Source: Escherichia coli
Lineage (GTDB): Bacteria > Pseudomonadota > Gammaproteobacteria > Enterobacterales > Enterobacteriaceae
Assembly (NCBI RefSeq): GCF_003991155.1
Contig: NZ_CP031293.1
Length of the DNA: 64,000 nucleotides
Reading direction: 5' to 3' (one strand)
In this document: piece after piece, positions 37,794 through 48,663 of the stretch
How positions within the stretch are numbered: the first letter of the stretch is position 1
Layout: each line of letters starts with the position of its first letter
Program-made: the position numbers and the translations under genes
The notes under the pieces: generated by a model
What the model was told of the DNA's origin: nothing
What the model saw: only the letters and a program-made list of their open reading frames with translations
The model's database searches: none

Positions 37794-37862
37794 TCTTTTT
37801 ATCATCCAGTCGCAAGCTAATCATCACCAAGGAAACAAAATTCAAAAAAAGAGAGCTATTGT

Positions 37863-38654
37863 ATGAAATCCACTCGTCCTGTTGCCGTGATTACCGGAGC
37901 CGCTCGTGGTATTGGAAAGGGCTGTGCGCTGGAGCTTGCGCGTGGCGGATTTAATCTGCTGATTAATGATCGTCCGGATGCGGATAGCGTAGAAAAATTA
38001 CATGCCACACAACAAGAATGTCTGGCGGAAGGCGTGGAAGTGATTTGCTTCCCTGCTGATGTGGGCGATCTCTCCCTTCATGAAGAGATGCTCGACGCGG
38101 CGCAAAACCAGTGGGGACGTCTGGACTGTCTACTCAACAACGCAGGCATTTCAGTGAAAAAACGCGGTGACCTCCTCGACCTCGAACCAGACAGCTTCGA
38201 TCAAAACATTGCCATTAACACCCGCGCGCCGTTCTTCCTTGCTCAGGCATTCAGTAAGCGCTTACTGGCACAGCCGAAACCGGAAGCAGAACTGCCGCAC
38301 CGCTCGATTATTTTTGTCAGTTCCATCAACGCCATCATGCTGGCGATGAATCGCGGCGAATATACCATTGCCAAAACTGCCGTCTCCGCCGCAGCTCGTC
38401 TGTTTGCCGCTCGCCTTTGCAATGAACAAATTGGCGTTTATGAAGTGCGCCCTGGTCTCATCAAAACTGATATGACTATTCCGGCAACGGCTTATTACGA
38501 CGAACTGATTGCCAAAGGTCTGGTGCCGTGGGGACGTTGGGGTTATCCGGCTGATATTGCTTCCACTGTCCGCGCGATGGCGGAAGGTAAACTGATTTAC
38601 ACCTGCGGTCAGGCGGTTGCCATCGACGGCGGCTTAAGTATGCCGCGCTTCTGA
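37863..38654 (+). CDS. Short-chain dehydrogenase/reductase (SDR), 263 aa
   Basis: TGAARGIG Rossmann motif, NNAG, catalytic YxxxK (YTIAK) in translation. Confidence 0.85.
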   Translation: MKSTRPVAVITGAARGIGKGCALELARGGFNLLINDRPDADSVEKLHATQQECLAEGVEVICFPADVGDLSLHEEMLDAAQNQWGRLDCLLNNAGISVKKRGDLLDLEPDSFDQNIAINTRAPFFLAQAFSKRLLAQPKPEAELPHRSIIFVSSINAIMLAMNRGEYTIAKTAVSAAARLFAARLCNEQIGVYEVRPGLIKTDMTIPATAYYDELIAKGLVPWGRWGYPADIASTVRAMAEGKLIYTCGQAVAIDGGLSMPRF

Positions 38655-38663
38655 GGCTGAATC

Positions 38664-39506
38664 ATGAGAGATCTGTTACAACGCCCGGATTTATTCAGTA
38701 TCAATACCGCAACACTGGGCTATAAAACGCCGCTACCCGCCATTATTGATGCCTGCGCCGCACGCGGTATTGGCGCAATTGCCCCCTGGCGCAGGGAGTT
38801 GCAGGGTGAAGATCTCCAGCAAATCGCCCGCCAGCTTGCTGCCAGTAACATAAACGTTTCCGGTTTGTGCCGTAGCACCTACTACACCGCACCGACGCTG
38901 GCGGAGCGCAAACTGGCGATTGACGATAACCGCCGGGCGCTGGACGACGCCGCTGTACTGAACGCTGCCTGTTATATGCAGGTGGTTGGCGGTCTGCCAA
39001 TGGGAACAAAAGATCTGTACGAAGCGCGGGAACAGGTGAAACAAGGGATTCGCCAGTTGCTGCCACATTCGAAAGATGTCGGTGTGCCAATTGCACTGGA
39101 GCCACTGCACCCGATGACTGCTGCCGATCGTTCTTGTCTGTGCACGTTACGTCAGGCGCTGGACTGGTGTGATGAACTCGATCCCGATGGCGAATTTGGC
39201 CTCGGCGTGGCGGTAGATGTCTACCATGTCTGGTGGGATCCGGATCTCGCCAGTCAGATCCTGCGTGCCGGAAAACGCATCCTCGCGTTTCATGTTTCCG
39301 ACTGGTTAGTGCCGACCACCGATCTGGTCAATGACCGTGGAATGCCGGGAGATGGTGTCATCAATATTCCGTCAATTCGTCGGCTGGTTGAAAACGCCGG
39401 ATTTAATGGCGCTATTGAACTGGAAATATTCTCACCGTATTGGTGGCAGCAAGATATTGACAGCACACTGGATATTAGCGTCGATCGCATCGCGCATTAT
39501 TGCTAA
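38664..39506 (+). CDS. Xylose-isomerase-like TIM-barrel protein (sugar-phosphate isomerase/epimerase or dehydratase family), 280 aa
   Basis: Family-level resemblance of the translation to IolE/hydroxypyruvate-isomerase-type TIM barrels; 10-nt gap from SDR with GAGG RBS. Confidence 0.65.
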   Translation: MRDLLQRPDLFSINTATLGYKTPLPAIIDACAARGIGAIAPWRRELQGEDLQQIARQLAASNINVSGLCRSTYYTAPTLAERKLAIDDNRRALDDAAVLNAACYMQVVGGLPMGTKDLYEAREQVKQGIRQLLPHSKDVGVPIALEPLHPMTAADRSCLCTLRQALDWCDELDPDGEFGLGVAVDVYHVWWDPDLASQILRAGKRILAFHVSDWLVPTTDLVNDRGMPGDGVINIPSIRRLVENAGFNGAIELEIFSPYWWQQDIDSTLDISVDRIAHYC

Positions 39507-39515
39507 GGAATAATC

Positions 39516-40292
39516 ATGAGTGACCAACCCGTTCTGTTCAGCAGAGCGGCGGCTTCTTGCCGCCTGACATTGAACCGTGAAGATAAATGTCATGCTATTA
39601 ATGAAGAAATGATCGAATCTCTCGACCATTATTTAAATGAAATTGAAAATGACACGGCATTACGCTTAGTCGAATTAACGGCAACCGGCGATAAATTCTT
39701 TTGTGCGGGCGGCGATATTAAATCGTGGTCGGCCTATTCGCCATTAGATATGGGCAGAAAATGGATTAAACGCGGTAACGAGGTTTTTAATCGCCTGCGC
39801 AATTTACCCCAATTAACGGTTGCAAATCTCAACGGTCATACCATTGGCGGTGGGATTGAACTCGCCTTGTGCTGCGATATTCGTATTGCCCGCCCCGGCG
39901 CGAAATTCTCTAACCCGGAAGTGATGCTCGGCATGGTGCCTGGCTGGATGGGCATTGAACGCGTGCTTAATCAGGTTGGCCCGGTGGTCGGTCGCCAGAT
40001 GCTGATGCTGGGTAAACGCCTGACGGCGCAGGAAGCTCAGGCGGCGAATTTAATTGATGAAGTGGTAGAAAAAGAACAGGTGGAAAGCTGGATGGCGAAT
40101 CAGTTAGCGCAGCTGGAAAAATGCGGTCCGGTGGCGCTCGCACATATCAAGCAACTGATTCTGGCACTGGAAAATAAACATGCTGATTACCCGCACCAGT
40201 TACTGGCTGGATTAATGTCCGCCACTCAGGATTGCCAGCAGGCGACGCGCGCCTTTGCCGAAAAAAGTAGCGTGAGCTTCCAAAATCAATAA
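39516..40292 (+). CDS. Crotonase-fold enzyme (enoyl-CoA hydratase/isomerase family), 258 aa
   Basis: FCAGGDIK and GHTIGGGIELALCCDIRIA oxyanion-hole motifs in translation. Confidence 0.85.
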   Translation: MSDQPVLFSRAAASCRLTLNREDKCHAINEEMIESLDHYLNEIENDTALRLVELTATGDKFFCAGGDIKSWSAYSPLDMGRKWIKRGNEVFNRLRNLPQLTVANLNGHTIGGGIELALCCDIRIARPGAKFSNPEVMLGMVPGWMGIERVLNQVGPVVGRQMLMLGKRLTAQEAQAANLIDEVVEKEQVESWMANQLAQLEKCGPVALAHIKQLILALENKHADYPHQLLAGLMSATQDCQQATRAFAEKSSVSFQNQ

Positions 40293-40301
40293 GGAAATTG
40301 T

Positions 40302-41843
40302 ATGCGTAAGATAACAACCACCGAGACACTGGCGGCGCAAATTCAGGACGGCGCAACCATTGCCATTAGCGGTAATGGCGGCGGAATGGTGGAAGCGGAC
40401 CATATTCTGGCTGCTATTGAAGCGCGTTTCCTGCAAACCGGACACCCGCGCGATCTGACATTAATCCACTCGCTGGGCATTGGCGATCGCGACTGCAAAG
40501 GCACTAACCGCTTCGCTCATGCAGATATGCTCAAACGCATCATTGCCGGGCACTTTACCTGGTCGCCCAAAATGCAGGCGCTGGTAAAAAATAACACGAT
40601 TGAAGCCTACTGCTTTCCTGGTGGCGTGATTCAGGCACTGCTACGGGAGATCGGCGCCGGACGTCCGGGGCTTTTTACCCACGTTGGGCTGGGATCGTTT
40701 GTTGATCCACGCAATGGCGGCGGTAAGTCGAATGAATGCACGACCGACGACCTGGTAGAACTGATTGAAATCGATGGTGAAACCAAACTTCGTTATCGCC
40801 CTTTCAAAGTGGATTACGCGATTTTGCGTGGCACTTATGCCGATCCACGAGGCAACGTCAGCCTCGAAGAAGAGGCGATTGATATGGATAGCTATTCGAT
40901 GGCGCTGGCAGCACACAACAGCGGCGGCAAAGTGTTCGTACAGGTACGCGATGTGCTGGAAGCTGGCGCGATTGAACCACGCCGGGTCAAATTACCGGGC
41001 ATTCTGGTTGATGGCATCGTTGAACACCGCGAACAACCGCAAACCTATCTTGGCGGTTACGACCTGACCATTAGCGGTCAACATCGCCGTCTGAGTTCTA
41101 ACGACGCTATTGAACTGGTTAGTCATCCAGTACGCCGCCTGATTGCCCGTCGGGCAGCACGCGAACTGGTGGCTGGCGCTTCAACCAACTTTGGCTTTGG
41201 TATTCCTGGCGGTATTCCAGGCGTAGCGCTGCGCGAAGGCGTTCCTTACCAAAGTTTATGGCTGAGCGTCGAGCAAGGTGTACATAACGGCATGATGCTG
41301 GATGATGCGTTCTTCGGCTGCGCCCGCAACGCCGACGCCATTATTCCATCACTCGATCAATTTGAGTTCTACAGTGGCGGAGGGATCGATATCACCTTCC
41401 TCGGCATGGGAGAGATGGATCAGTACGGTAACGTCAACGTCTCCCATCTCAATGGCAATCTGATTGGCCCCGGCGGATTTCTCGAAATTGCGCAAAACGC
41501 CCGTAAAGTGGTGTTCTGCGGCACGTTCGACGCCAAAGGTAGCAAGATCGATGTAACGCCAGATGGCTTGCATATCGCCCAGTCAGGTCAAATCCCTAAA
41601 CTGGTTACCCAGGTGGAAAAAATCACTTTTAGCGCCGCCTACGCACAGCAAAGCGGTCAGGAAGTGTTGTATATCACTGAACGTGCAGTATTCCAGTTAA
41701 CGGCAGAAGGCGTTGAATTAATTGAAATCGCACCGGGTGTGGAGATTGAGCGCGACATTCTGCCGTATATGGCTTTCCGTCCAATTATCAAGCACCCACG
41801 CCTGATGGAAAGTAGCCTGTTTACGCCGATGGAGGATGCATGA
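40302..41843 (+). CDS. Fused alpha/beta family I CoA-transferase (acyl-CoA:acetate/3-ketoacid CoA-transferase, YdiF-like), 513 aa
   Basis: Translation parallels remembered E. coli YdiF along its length (e.g. ITERAVF.L...G..LIEIAPGV..E.DIL near C-terminus). Confidence 0.8.
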   Translation: MRKITTTETLAAQIQDGATIAISGNGGGMVEADHILAAIEARFLQTGHPRDLTLIHSLGIGDRDCKGTNRFAHADMLKRIIAGHFTWSPKMQALVKNNTIEAYCFPGGVIQALLREIGAGRPGLFTHVGLGSFVDPRNGGGKSNECTTDDLVELIEIDGETKLRYRPFKVDYAILRGTYADPRGNVSLEEEAIDMDSYSMALAAHNSGGKVFVQVRDVLEAGAIEPRRVKLPGILVDGIVEHREQPQTYLGGYDLTISGQHRRLSSNDAIELVSHPVRRLIARRAARELVAGASTNFGFGIPGGIPGVALREGVPYQSLWLSVEQGVHNGMMLDDAFFGCARNADAIIPSLDQFEFYSGGGIDITFLGMGEMDQYGNVNVSHLNGNLIGPGGFLEIAQNARKVVFCGTFDAKGSKIDVTPDGLHIAQSGQIPKLVTQVEKITFSAAYAQQSGQEVLYITERAVFQLTAEGVELIEIAPGVEIERDILPYMAFRPIIKHPRLMESSLFTPMEDA

Positions 41844-43921
41844 GCCAGCTTGATGACACCCTCCTTGATGCGCTGACACACGTCACTTTCCCAAAGGGTT
41901 TTGTGTCAGCAGAGCCAGCGTCAATTGTCACGGTTGAAGATGTCGATTACCCGATCTGGCAAGTTGATGCGCTAGTCGTTGGTAGCGGCGCAGCAGGATT
42001 ACGTGCGGCAGTTGAACTTAAACGCCGCCAGCAAAATGTGCTGATCGCCACCGCCGGGTTATATATGGGGACATCGGCATGTTCTGGCTCTGATAAACAG
42101 ACGCTGTTTACCGCCGCTACCGCGGGCAACGGCGATAACTTCGCCAAACTGGCGGAAGCACTGGCGAGCGGTGGGGCGATGGATCATGACACCGCTTATG
42201 TCGAAGCGGTAGGTTCTCTGCACACTCTTGGCGGGTTGCAATATCTTGGTCTGGAATTACCGGAAGATCGCTATGGCGCGATTCTTCGTTATCAAACCGA
42301 CCATGACGAAGCCGGGCGTGCAACCTCGTGTGGGCCGCGTACCTCAAGGTTAATGGTGAAAGTGCTGTTGGAAGAAGTACAGCGCCTCGCCATTCCAGTG
42401 TTGACCAGTGCAACAGTGATTAAACTGCTGCATCAGCGTGACGAAAACGGCGAAGACCGTGTGGCGGGGGCAATCCTCGCGACCGGTCATCGCGCCCTTA
42501 ACCCATGGGGGCTGGCAATTGTGACTGCGCCCAATGTGGTACTGGCAACAGGAGGGCCTGGCGAGCTTTATCGCGACAGTGTGTACCCACACAAATGTTT
42601 TGGCTCGCTGGGGCTGGCGCTGGAGGAAGGCCTGACACTAACTAATCTGACCGAAAGCCAGTTTGGTATAGGCACGCCGCGCAGCACGTTTCCGTGGAAT
42701 TTGTCCGGCACCTATGTGCAGGTGATCCCATATATCTATTCCGTGGATGCTGAGGGTAACGAGTATAACTTCCTCGCGGATTACTATCGCACCACCCAGG
42801 AGCTGGCTTCAAACATCTTCCGTAAAGGCTATCAGTGGCCGTTCCACGCCACGCGGGTAATGGATTTTGGCTCCAGCTTGTTAGATATGGCGGTGGCGCA
42901 AGAGCAGCAATCAGGGCGTCAGGTATTTATGGATTTCAATCGTAATCCTGTAGCGGTGCCTGGTGATTTGCCCTTCTCATTAGATCGACTGGACGACGAC
43001 GTTCGCGCGTATCTGGAAAATAACGACGCTCTGGCACCATCGCCCATCGAACGACTGCAACGAATGAATCCGCTGTCTATCTCGCTGTATAAGATGCACG
43101 GTTACGATCTCACCACGCAGCCATTGCAGTTTGCCATGAATAATCAGCACATGAATGGCGGCATTGAAGTCGATATCTGGGGACAAACATCTCTGCCCGG
43201 TTGTTTTGCAGTGGGGGAAGTTGCTGGCACACACGGCGTCACCCGACCTGGCGGCGCGGCGTTGAATGCCGGGCAGGTTTTTGCTGTTCGTCTGGCGCGC
43301 TTTATTGGTTGCACGCAAAAGCGGAATATTGATGGAGATATTGCACAGCTGGCAGCTCCGGCACTGGCTTCTATAAGAGAGATCATTACTCAGGCGCACG
43401 ATAACGGGACCGGGATGCCGTTGTCGATTGTGAGAGAAAAAATTCAGGCACGAATGTCTGACTATGCGGGATTTATTTGCCATGCCGATAAAGTTCGACG
43501 TGCCACTCGTGATGCCCTGCTATTGAGTGAATTTGTCCAACAGCATGGATTGGCAATCAAACATGTGGGCGAAGTTGCCGAGCTGTTTATGTGGCGGCAT
43601 ATGGCACTGACTTCTGCCGCCGTATTAACGCAATTGACGCATTATATTGACGCAGGTGGTGGTAGCCGGGGAGCACGTATTATTCTCGACAGTGATGGAA
43701 ATTCTATTCCGCAAACACGAAATGGTTTTTGTGATGCCTGGCGCTTTCGTTCAGAGCGTACTGAGGATAAAAAAGATAAACTACTTATTCATTATTGCAA
43801 CGGTATCTTTCACGTCAGAGAAACACCTGTTCGTGAGTTTCCTATTATCCGAGGTATTTGGTTTGAAAAAAACTGGCCTGGTTTTCTTAATGGGACAATT
43901 TACCAGCCACAGGATGAATGA
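41840..43921 (+). CDS. FAD-dependent oxidoreductase of the fumarate reductase/succinate dehydrogenase/L-aspartate oxidase flavoprotein family with long C-terminal extension, 693 aa
   Basis: N-terminal DALVVGSGAAGLRAAVE dinucleotide fold, TGGPGELY, and C-terminal GGIEVD...GCFAVGEVAGT-HG..R.GG.AL motif; ATGA overlap with upstream gene and GGAGG RBS. Confidence 0.75.
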   Translation: MSQLDDTLLDALTHVTFPKGFVSAEPASIVTVEDVDYPIWQVDALVVGSGAAGLRAAVELKRRQQNVLIATAGLYMGTSACSGSDKQTLFTAATAGNGDNFAKLAEALASGGAMDHDTAYVEAVGSLHTLGGLQYLGLELPEDRYGAILRYQTDHDEAGRATSCGPRTSRLMVKVLLEEVQRLAIPVLTSATVIKLLHQRDENGEDRVAGAILATGHRALNPWGLAIVTAPNVVLATGGPGELYRDSVYPHKCFGSLGLALEEGLTLTNLTESQFGIGTPRSTFPWNLSGTYVQVIPYIYSVDAEGNEYNFLADYYRTTQELASNIFRKGYQWPFHATRVMDFGSSLLDMAVAQEQQSGRQVFMDFNRNPVAVPGDLPFSLDRLDDDVRAYLENNDALAPSPIERLQRMNPLSISLYKMHGYDLTTQPLQFAMNNQHMNGGIEVDIWGQTSLPGCFAVGEVAGTHGVTRPGGAALNAGQVFAVRLARFIGCTQKRNIDGDIAQLAAPALASIREIITQAHDNGTGMPLSIVREKIQARMSDYAGFICHADKVRRATRDALLLSEFVQQHGLAIKHVGEVAELFMWRHMALTSAAVLTQLTHYIDAGGGSRGARIILDSDGNSIPQTRNGFCDAWRFRSERTEDKKDKLLIHYCNGIFHVRETPVREFPIIRGIWFEKNWPGFLNGTIYQPQDE

Positions 43922-43941
43922 TATTGCAAAGGTTAATCACT

Positions 43942-44418
43942 ATGCGAAATATAATTAGATCTATTAATGCTCTACTTGCAGCATTGAACATTACCATTTT
44001 GGCGATCATCGTGGCATGTGTGACGTGGCAGGTGGCTGCACGATTTATATTTACTAGTCCCAGTATTTTTACAGATGAACTCAGCCGTTTGCTCTTTATT
44101 TGTCTTGGACTTTTTGGTGGGGCATACACCGCAGGGCAAAACCGGCATCTGGCGATTGACCTGATACCTATGATGCTGAAAGGAAAAGCCCGACGTCATT
44201 TATTTTTGTGTATTCAGATTATCGTTATTATCTTCGCTACCATCATTATGGTATATGGTGGTGGGCTATTAACGATGGATACATTCGATTCAGGTCAGAC
44301 CTCGCCCGCTTTAGGCTGGCAAATGGGATATATCTATATGAGCATCCCGATGAGTGGTGTACTTATTATTATATACACCATAGATATGGTTTTAACCGAA
44401 CTTAAACAACCACTCTAA
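43942..44418 (+). CDS. TRAP transporter small permease (DctQ family); alternative start 43918 overlapping upstream stop
   Basis: Short hydrophobic 4-TM-type translation MRNIIRSINALLAALNITILAIIVACVTWQ...; gene order Q-M-P. Confidence 0.8.
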   Translation: MRNIIRSINALLAALNITILAIIVACVTWQVAARFIFTSPSIFTDELSRLLFICLGLFGGAYTAGQNRHLAIDLIPMMLKGKARRHLFLCIQIIVIIFATIIMVYGGGLLTMDTFDSGQTSPALGWQMGYIYMSIPMSGVLIIIYTIDMVLTELKQPL

Positions 44419-44460
44419 AGATAACAAACAACAACCAACCATAGTAGGAATGGAGAAATT

Positions 44461-45762
44461 ATGGATTACTGGTTACCGATTATTGTGTTATTTGGTGCCT
44501 TCTTTTTTATGTTGGCATTAGGTGTACCTATTGTTTATGCCATTGGTTTATCGACACTGGCATCAATTTCCACACAACTCGATTTCAACTCAGCATTGAG
44601 TGTGGTTTCCCAAAAGTTAGCCTCCGGGTTAGATAGTTTTACGTTGTTGGCAATCCCATTTTTTATCTTGTCTGGCAACATTATGAATCATGGAGGAATA
44701 GCGCGACGATTAATCAACTTTGCCCGTATTCTCGGCGGTCGTCTGCCAGGCTCACTTGCCCACTGTAATATTCTCGCCAATATGCTGTTCGGGGCAATTT
44801 CTGGTTCAGCCGTGGCTTCGGCGGCTGCGATGGGCGGCGTCATGCATCCGCAACAGGTTAAAGAGGGCTACGACCCGGCATTCAGTACTGCGGTTAACGT
44901 TGCCTCTGCCCCGACGGGTTTGCTTATTCCACCAAGTAATACGTTAATCGTCTATTCACTGGTCAGTGGTGGTACTTCTATTGCCGCACTGTTTCTGGCG
45001 GGTTATGTTCCGGGAATTTTGCTGGGTCTGGCACTGATGGTAATAGCCGGTATTATCGCGGTACGTCGCGGTTATCCAAAGCCAGAACGCCCGACTTTAC
45101 GCCAGGCTGGCGTTGCGATATGGATGGCTATCCCCAGTATTTTCCTGATTATTTTAATTATGGGGGGTGTATTAAGTGGTATTTTTACCCCGACAGAGGC
45201 CTCCGCAATTGCAGTAATTTATACCCTTTTCCTTGCACTGGTTCTTTATCGTGAAATCTCAGTTAAAGATTTACCTAAAATATTTCTGGAATCCGTTATT
45301 ACCACTGCAATTGTCTTGTTATTAATTGGTTCTTCGATGGGAATGTCATGGGCGATGTCAAACGCTGACGTTCCCTTCCTGATTCTCGATTTGCTTAACA
45401 CTATTTCTGACAACCCAATAATAATCCTGCTTATTATCAATATTATCCTGTTGATTATCGGCACTTTTATGGATATGACACCGGCGGTACTGATTTTTAC
45501 GCCGATATTTTTACCGGTTGTCACCGAACTGGGCATGGACCCGATTCACTTTGGTATTGTCATGGTACTGAACATGTGTATCGGTATTTGTACTCCGCCT
45601 GTAGGCAGTGTGTTATTTGTCGGTTGTAGTGTATCTAAATTACCGATTAATAAAATTATCAAACCTATGCTGCCATTTTATGCCGTGATGGTATTGGTGC
45701 TGGCAATGGTGACCTATATTCCGCAAATCAGTATGGCATTGCCAAGAGCACTGGGTTACTGA
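44461..45762 (+). CDS. TRAP transporter large permease (DctM family), 433 aa
   Basis: Polytopic translation MDYWLPIIVLFGAFFFMLALGVPIVYAIGL... typical of DctM. Confidence 0.85.
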   Translation: MDYWLPIIVLFGAFFFMLALGVPIVYAIGLSTLASISTQLDFNSALSVVSQKLASGLDSFTLLAIPFFILSGNIMNHGGIARRLINFARILGGRLPGSLAHCNILANMLFGAISGSAVASAAAMGGVMHPQQVKEGYDPAFSTAVNVASAPTGLLIPPSNTLIVYSLVSGGTSIAALFLAGYVPGILLGLALMVIAGIIAVRRGYPKPERPTLRQAGVAIWMAIPSIFLIILIMGGVLSGIFTPTEASAIAVIYTLFLALVLYREISVKDLPKIFLESVITTAIVLLLIGSSMGMSWAMSNADVPFLILDLLNTISDNPIIILLIINIILLIIGTFMDMTPAVLIFTPIFLPVVTELGMDPIHFGIVMVLNMCIGICTPPVGSVLFVGCSVSKLPINKIIKPMLPFYAVMVLVLAMVTYIPQISMALPRALGY

Positions 45763-45814
45763 TGCGCATTCACTGGCGGCACCTGCCGCCATATTTATTA
45801 GAAAAGGAACATCT

Positions 45815-46786
45815 ATGAAAATAAAAGTATCCGCTGGCATTATCGGTGCTGTTCTTATGTTATCCGCAAGCCAGTCCTGGGCAGTGACATTAAAACTGAG
45901 TCATAATCAGGATAAGTCTCATCCTGTTCATAAAGCGATGGAGTTCTTTGCGAAAAAGAGCAAAGAGTACTCTAACGGTGATATTACTATTCGTATTTAT
46001 CCAAATGGAACATTGGGTACTCAACGAGAAACAATGGAGCTGATTCGTTCTGGCGCTATTCCACTGGTAAAAACCAACGCGGCAGAAATGGAAGCATTTG
46101 AAAATTCCTATAAATTATTTAGCCTGCCTTATTTGTTCCGCGATCGTGATCATTATTATCAGGTCATGCAGGGCGATATCGGGAGAAAAATCCTCGACTC
46201 AACGAAAAGCAAAGGTTATTTCGGGCTGACTTTTTATGATGGAGGCGCCCGCAGTTTCTACGGCAATAAACCAGTACTGAAACCAGACGATCTCAAAGGC
46301 ATGAAAGTCCGTGTCCAGCCAAGTCCTGGCGCAGTTGAAATGATCAAAGTCATGGGCGGTAACCCGACGCCACTGGATTACGGCGAGTTGTATACAGCCT
46401 TACAGCAGGGTGTGGTCGATATGGCAGAAAACAGCGTGATGGCGCTGACCACCATGCGTCACGGTGAAGTGGCAAAATCCTTCAGCCTTGACGAACACAC
46501 TATGGTTCCCGATGTGGTTCTGATGAGCAATGCTGCGTTTGATAAACTTAGCCCGGAAAATCAGGCAGTTATATTAAAAGCAGCTAAAGAATCAATGAGC
46601 TACATGAAAGACTTGTGGAGCGAGGAAGAGAAACAAGAATTTGCAAAACTGGATAAAATGGGCGTGAAAGTCTACCAGGTAGATAAAGCTCCGTTTATCG
46701 AGAAAGTACAGCCAATGTACGCAAACTTCGCTAAGGACAACCCAGCCCTTGCCCCAATGCTGGCTGATATTCAGGCAGCTAAGTAA
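45815..46786 (+). CDS. TRAP transporter periplasmic substrate-binding protein (DctP family), 323 aa
   Basis: Signal peptide MKIKVSAGIIGAVLMLSASQSWA then DctP-like SBP translation; AAAGGA RBS. Confidence 0.85.
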   Translation: MKIKVSAGIIGAVLMLSASQSWAVTLKLSHNQDKSHPVHKAMEFFAKKSKEYSNGDITIRIYPNGTLGTQRETMELIRSGAIPLVKTNAAEMEAFENSYKLFSLPYLFRDRDHYYQVMQGDIGRKILDSTKSKGYFGLTFYDGGARSFYGNKPVLKPDDLKGMKVRVQPSPGAVEMIKVMGGNPTPLDYGELYTALQQGVVDMAENSVMALTTMRHGEVAKSFSLDEHTMVPDVVLMSNAAFDKLSPENQAVILKAAKESMSYMKDLWSEEEKQEFAKLDKMGVKVYQVDKAPFIEKVQPMYANFAKDNPALAPMLADIQAAK

Positions 46787-46849
46787 TTATCTTCGTAGGG
46801 CTGCTTATTGTGGCCCTTATCGATATCTGCAAGTGCTCGCTACAAAAGC

Positions 46850-46877
46850 AAAACGCCGACCAATGGTCGGCGTTTTT
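46850..46877. terminator. Bidirectional rho-independent terminator (ACGCCGACC-AATG-GTCGGCGT flanked by A-run and T-run) between dctP-like gene and rplI
   Basis: Perfect 9-bp stem with flanking A/T tracts on both sides. Confidence 0.8.
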
Positions 46878-46897
46878 ACGTCTCGTTGAATAACGAA

Positions 46898-47359
<462 letters not shown>

Positions 47360-47388
47360 TCAAAGTCGTATTAATGGACCGTGACCGA

Positions 47389-47935
<547 letters not shown>

Positions 47936-47941
47936 CAGAAA

Positions 47942-48355
<414 letters not shown>

Positions 48356-48663
48356 TTATTCAGCCTCCTGTCTGGGTCAGCCGAATCCCGGGGAGGCAAG
48401 GAACGTGTTAAAGGTCGGCTGAAAAATGACGCGTTATAGTACTGACATACCCCGCTAAACTCAAGGGCAGAGCCGAAATAAATCTCCCCTTTCGCAAATA
48501 ACCTCTAAACCGCTGATTTGGAGTTCATCACACTTCATCATGGTGTTTTTTTGAACAACTGCATCAGAAATGGTCACCATCAACTTCTTTATCATTGATT
48601 AAAATTAAATCAGAAGATCATCACAGAGGAGAGCACACAAAGTCAGCCGTCGAGGAGGTATCT

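Noticed and set aside
37003-46800. Island as a mobile element (prophage, ICE or transposon)
   Set aside because: No integrase, transposase, IS inverted repeats, tRNA attachment site or flanking direct repeats seen; classed as a non-mobile accessory metabolic locus.
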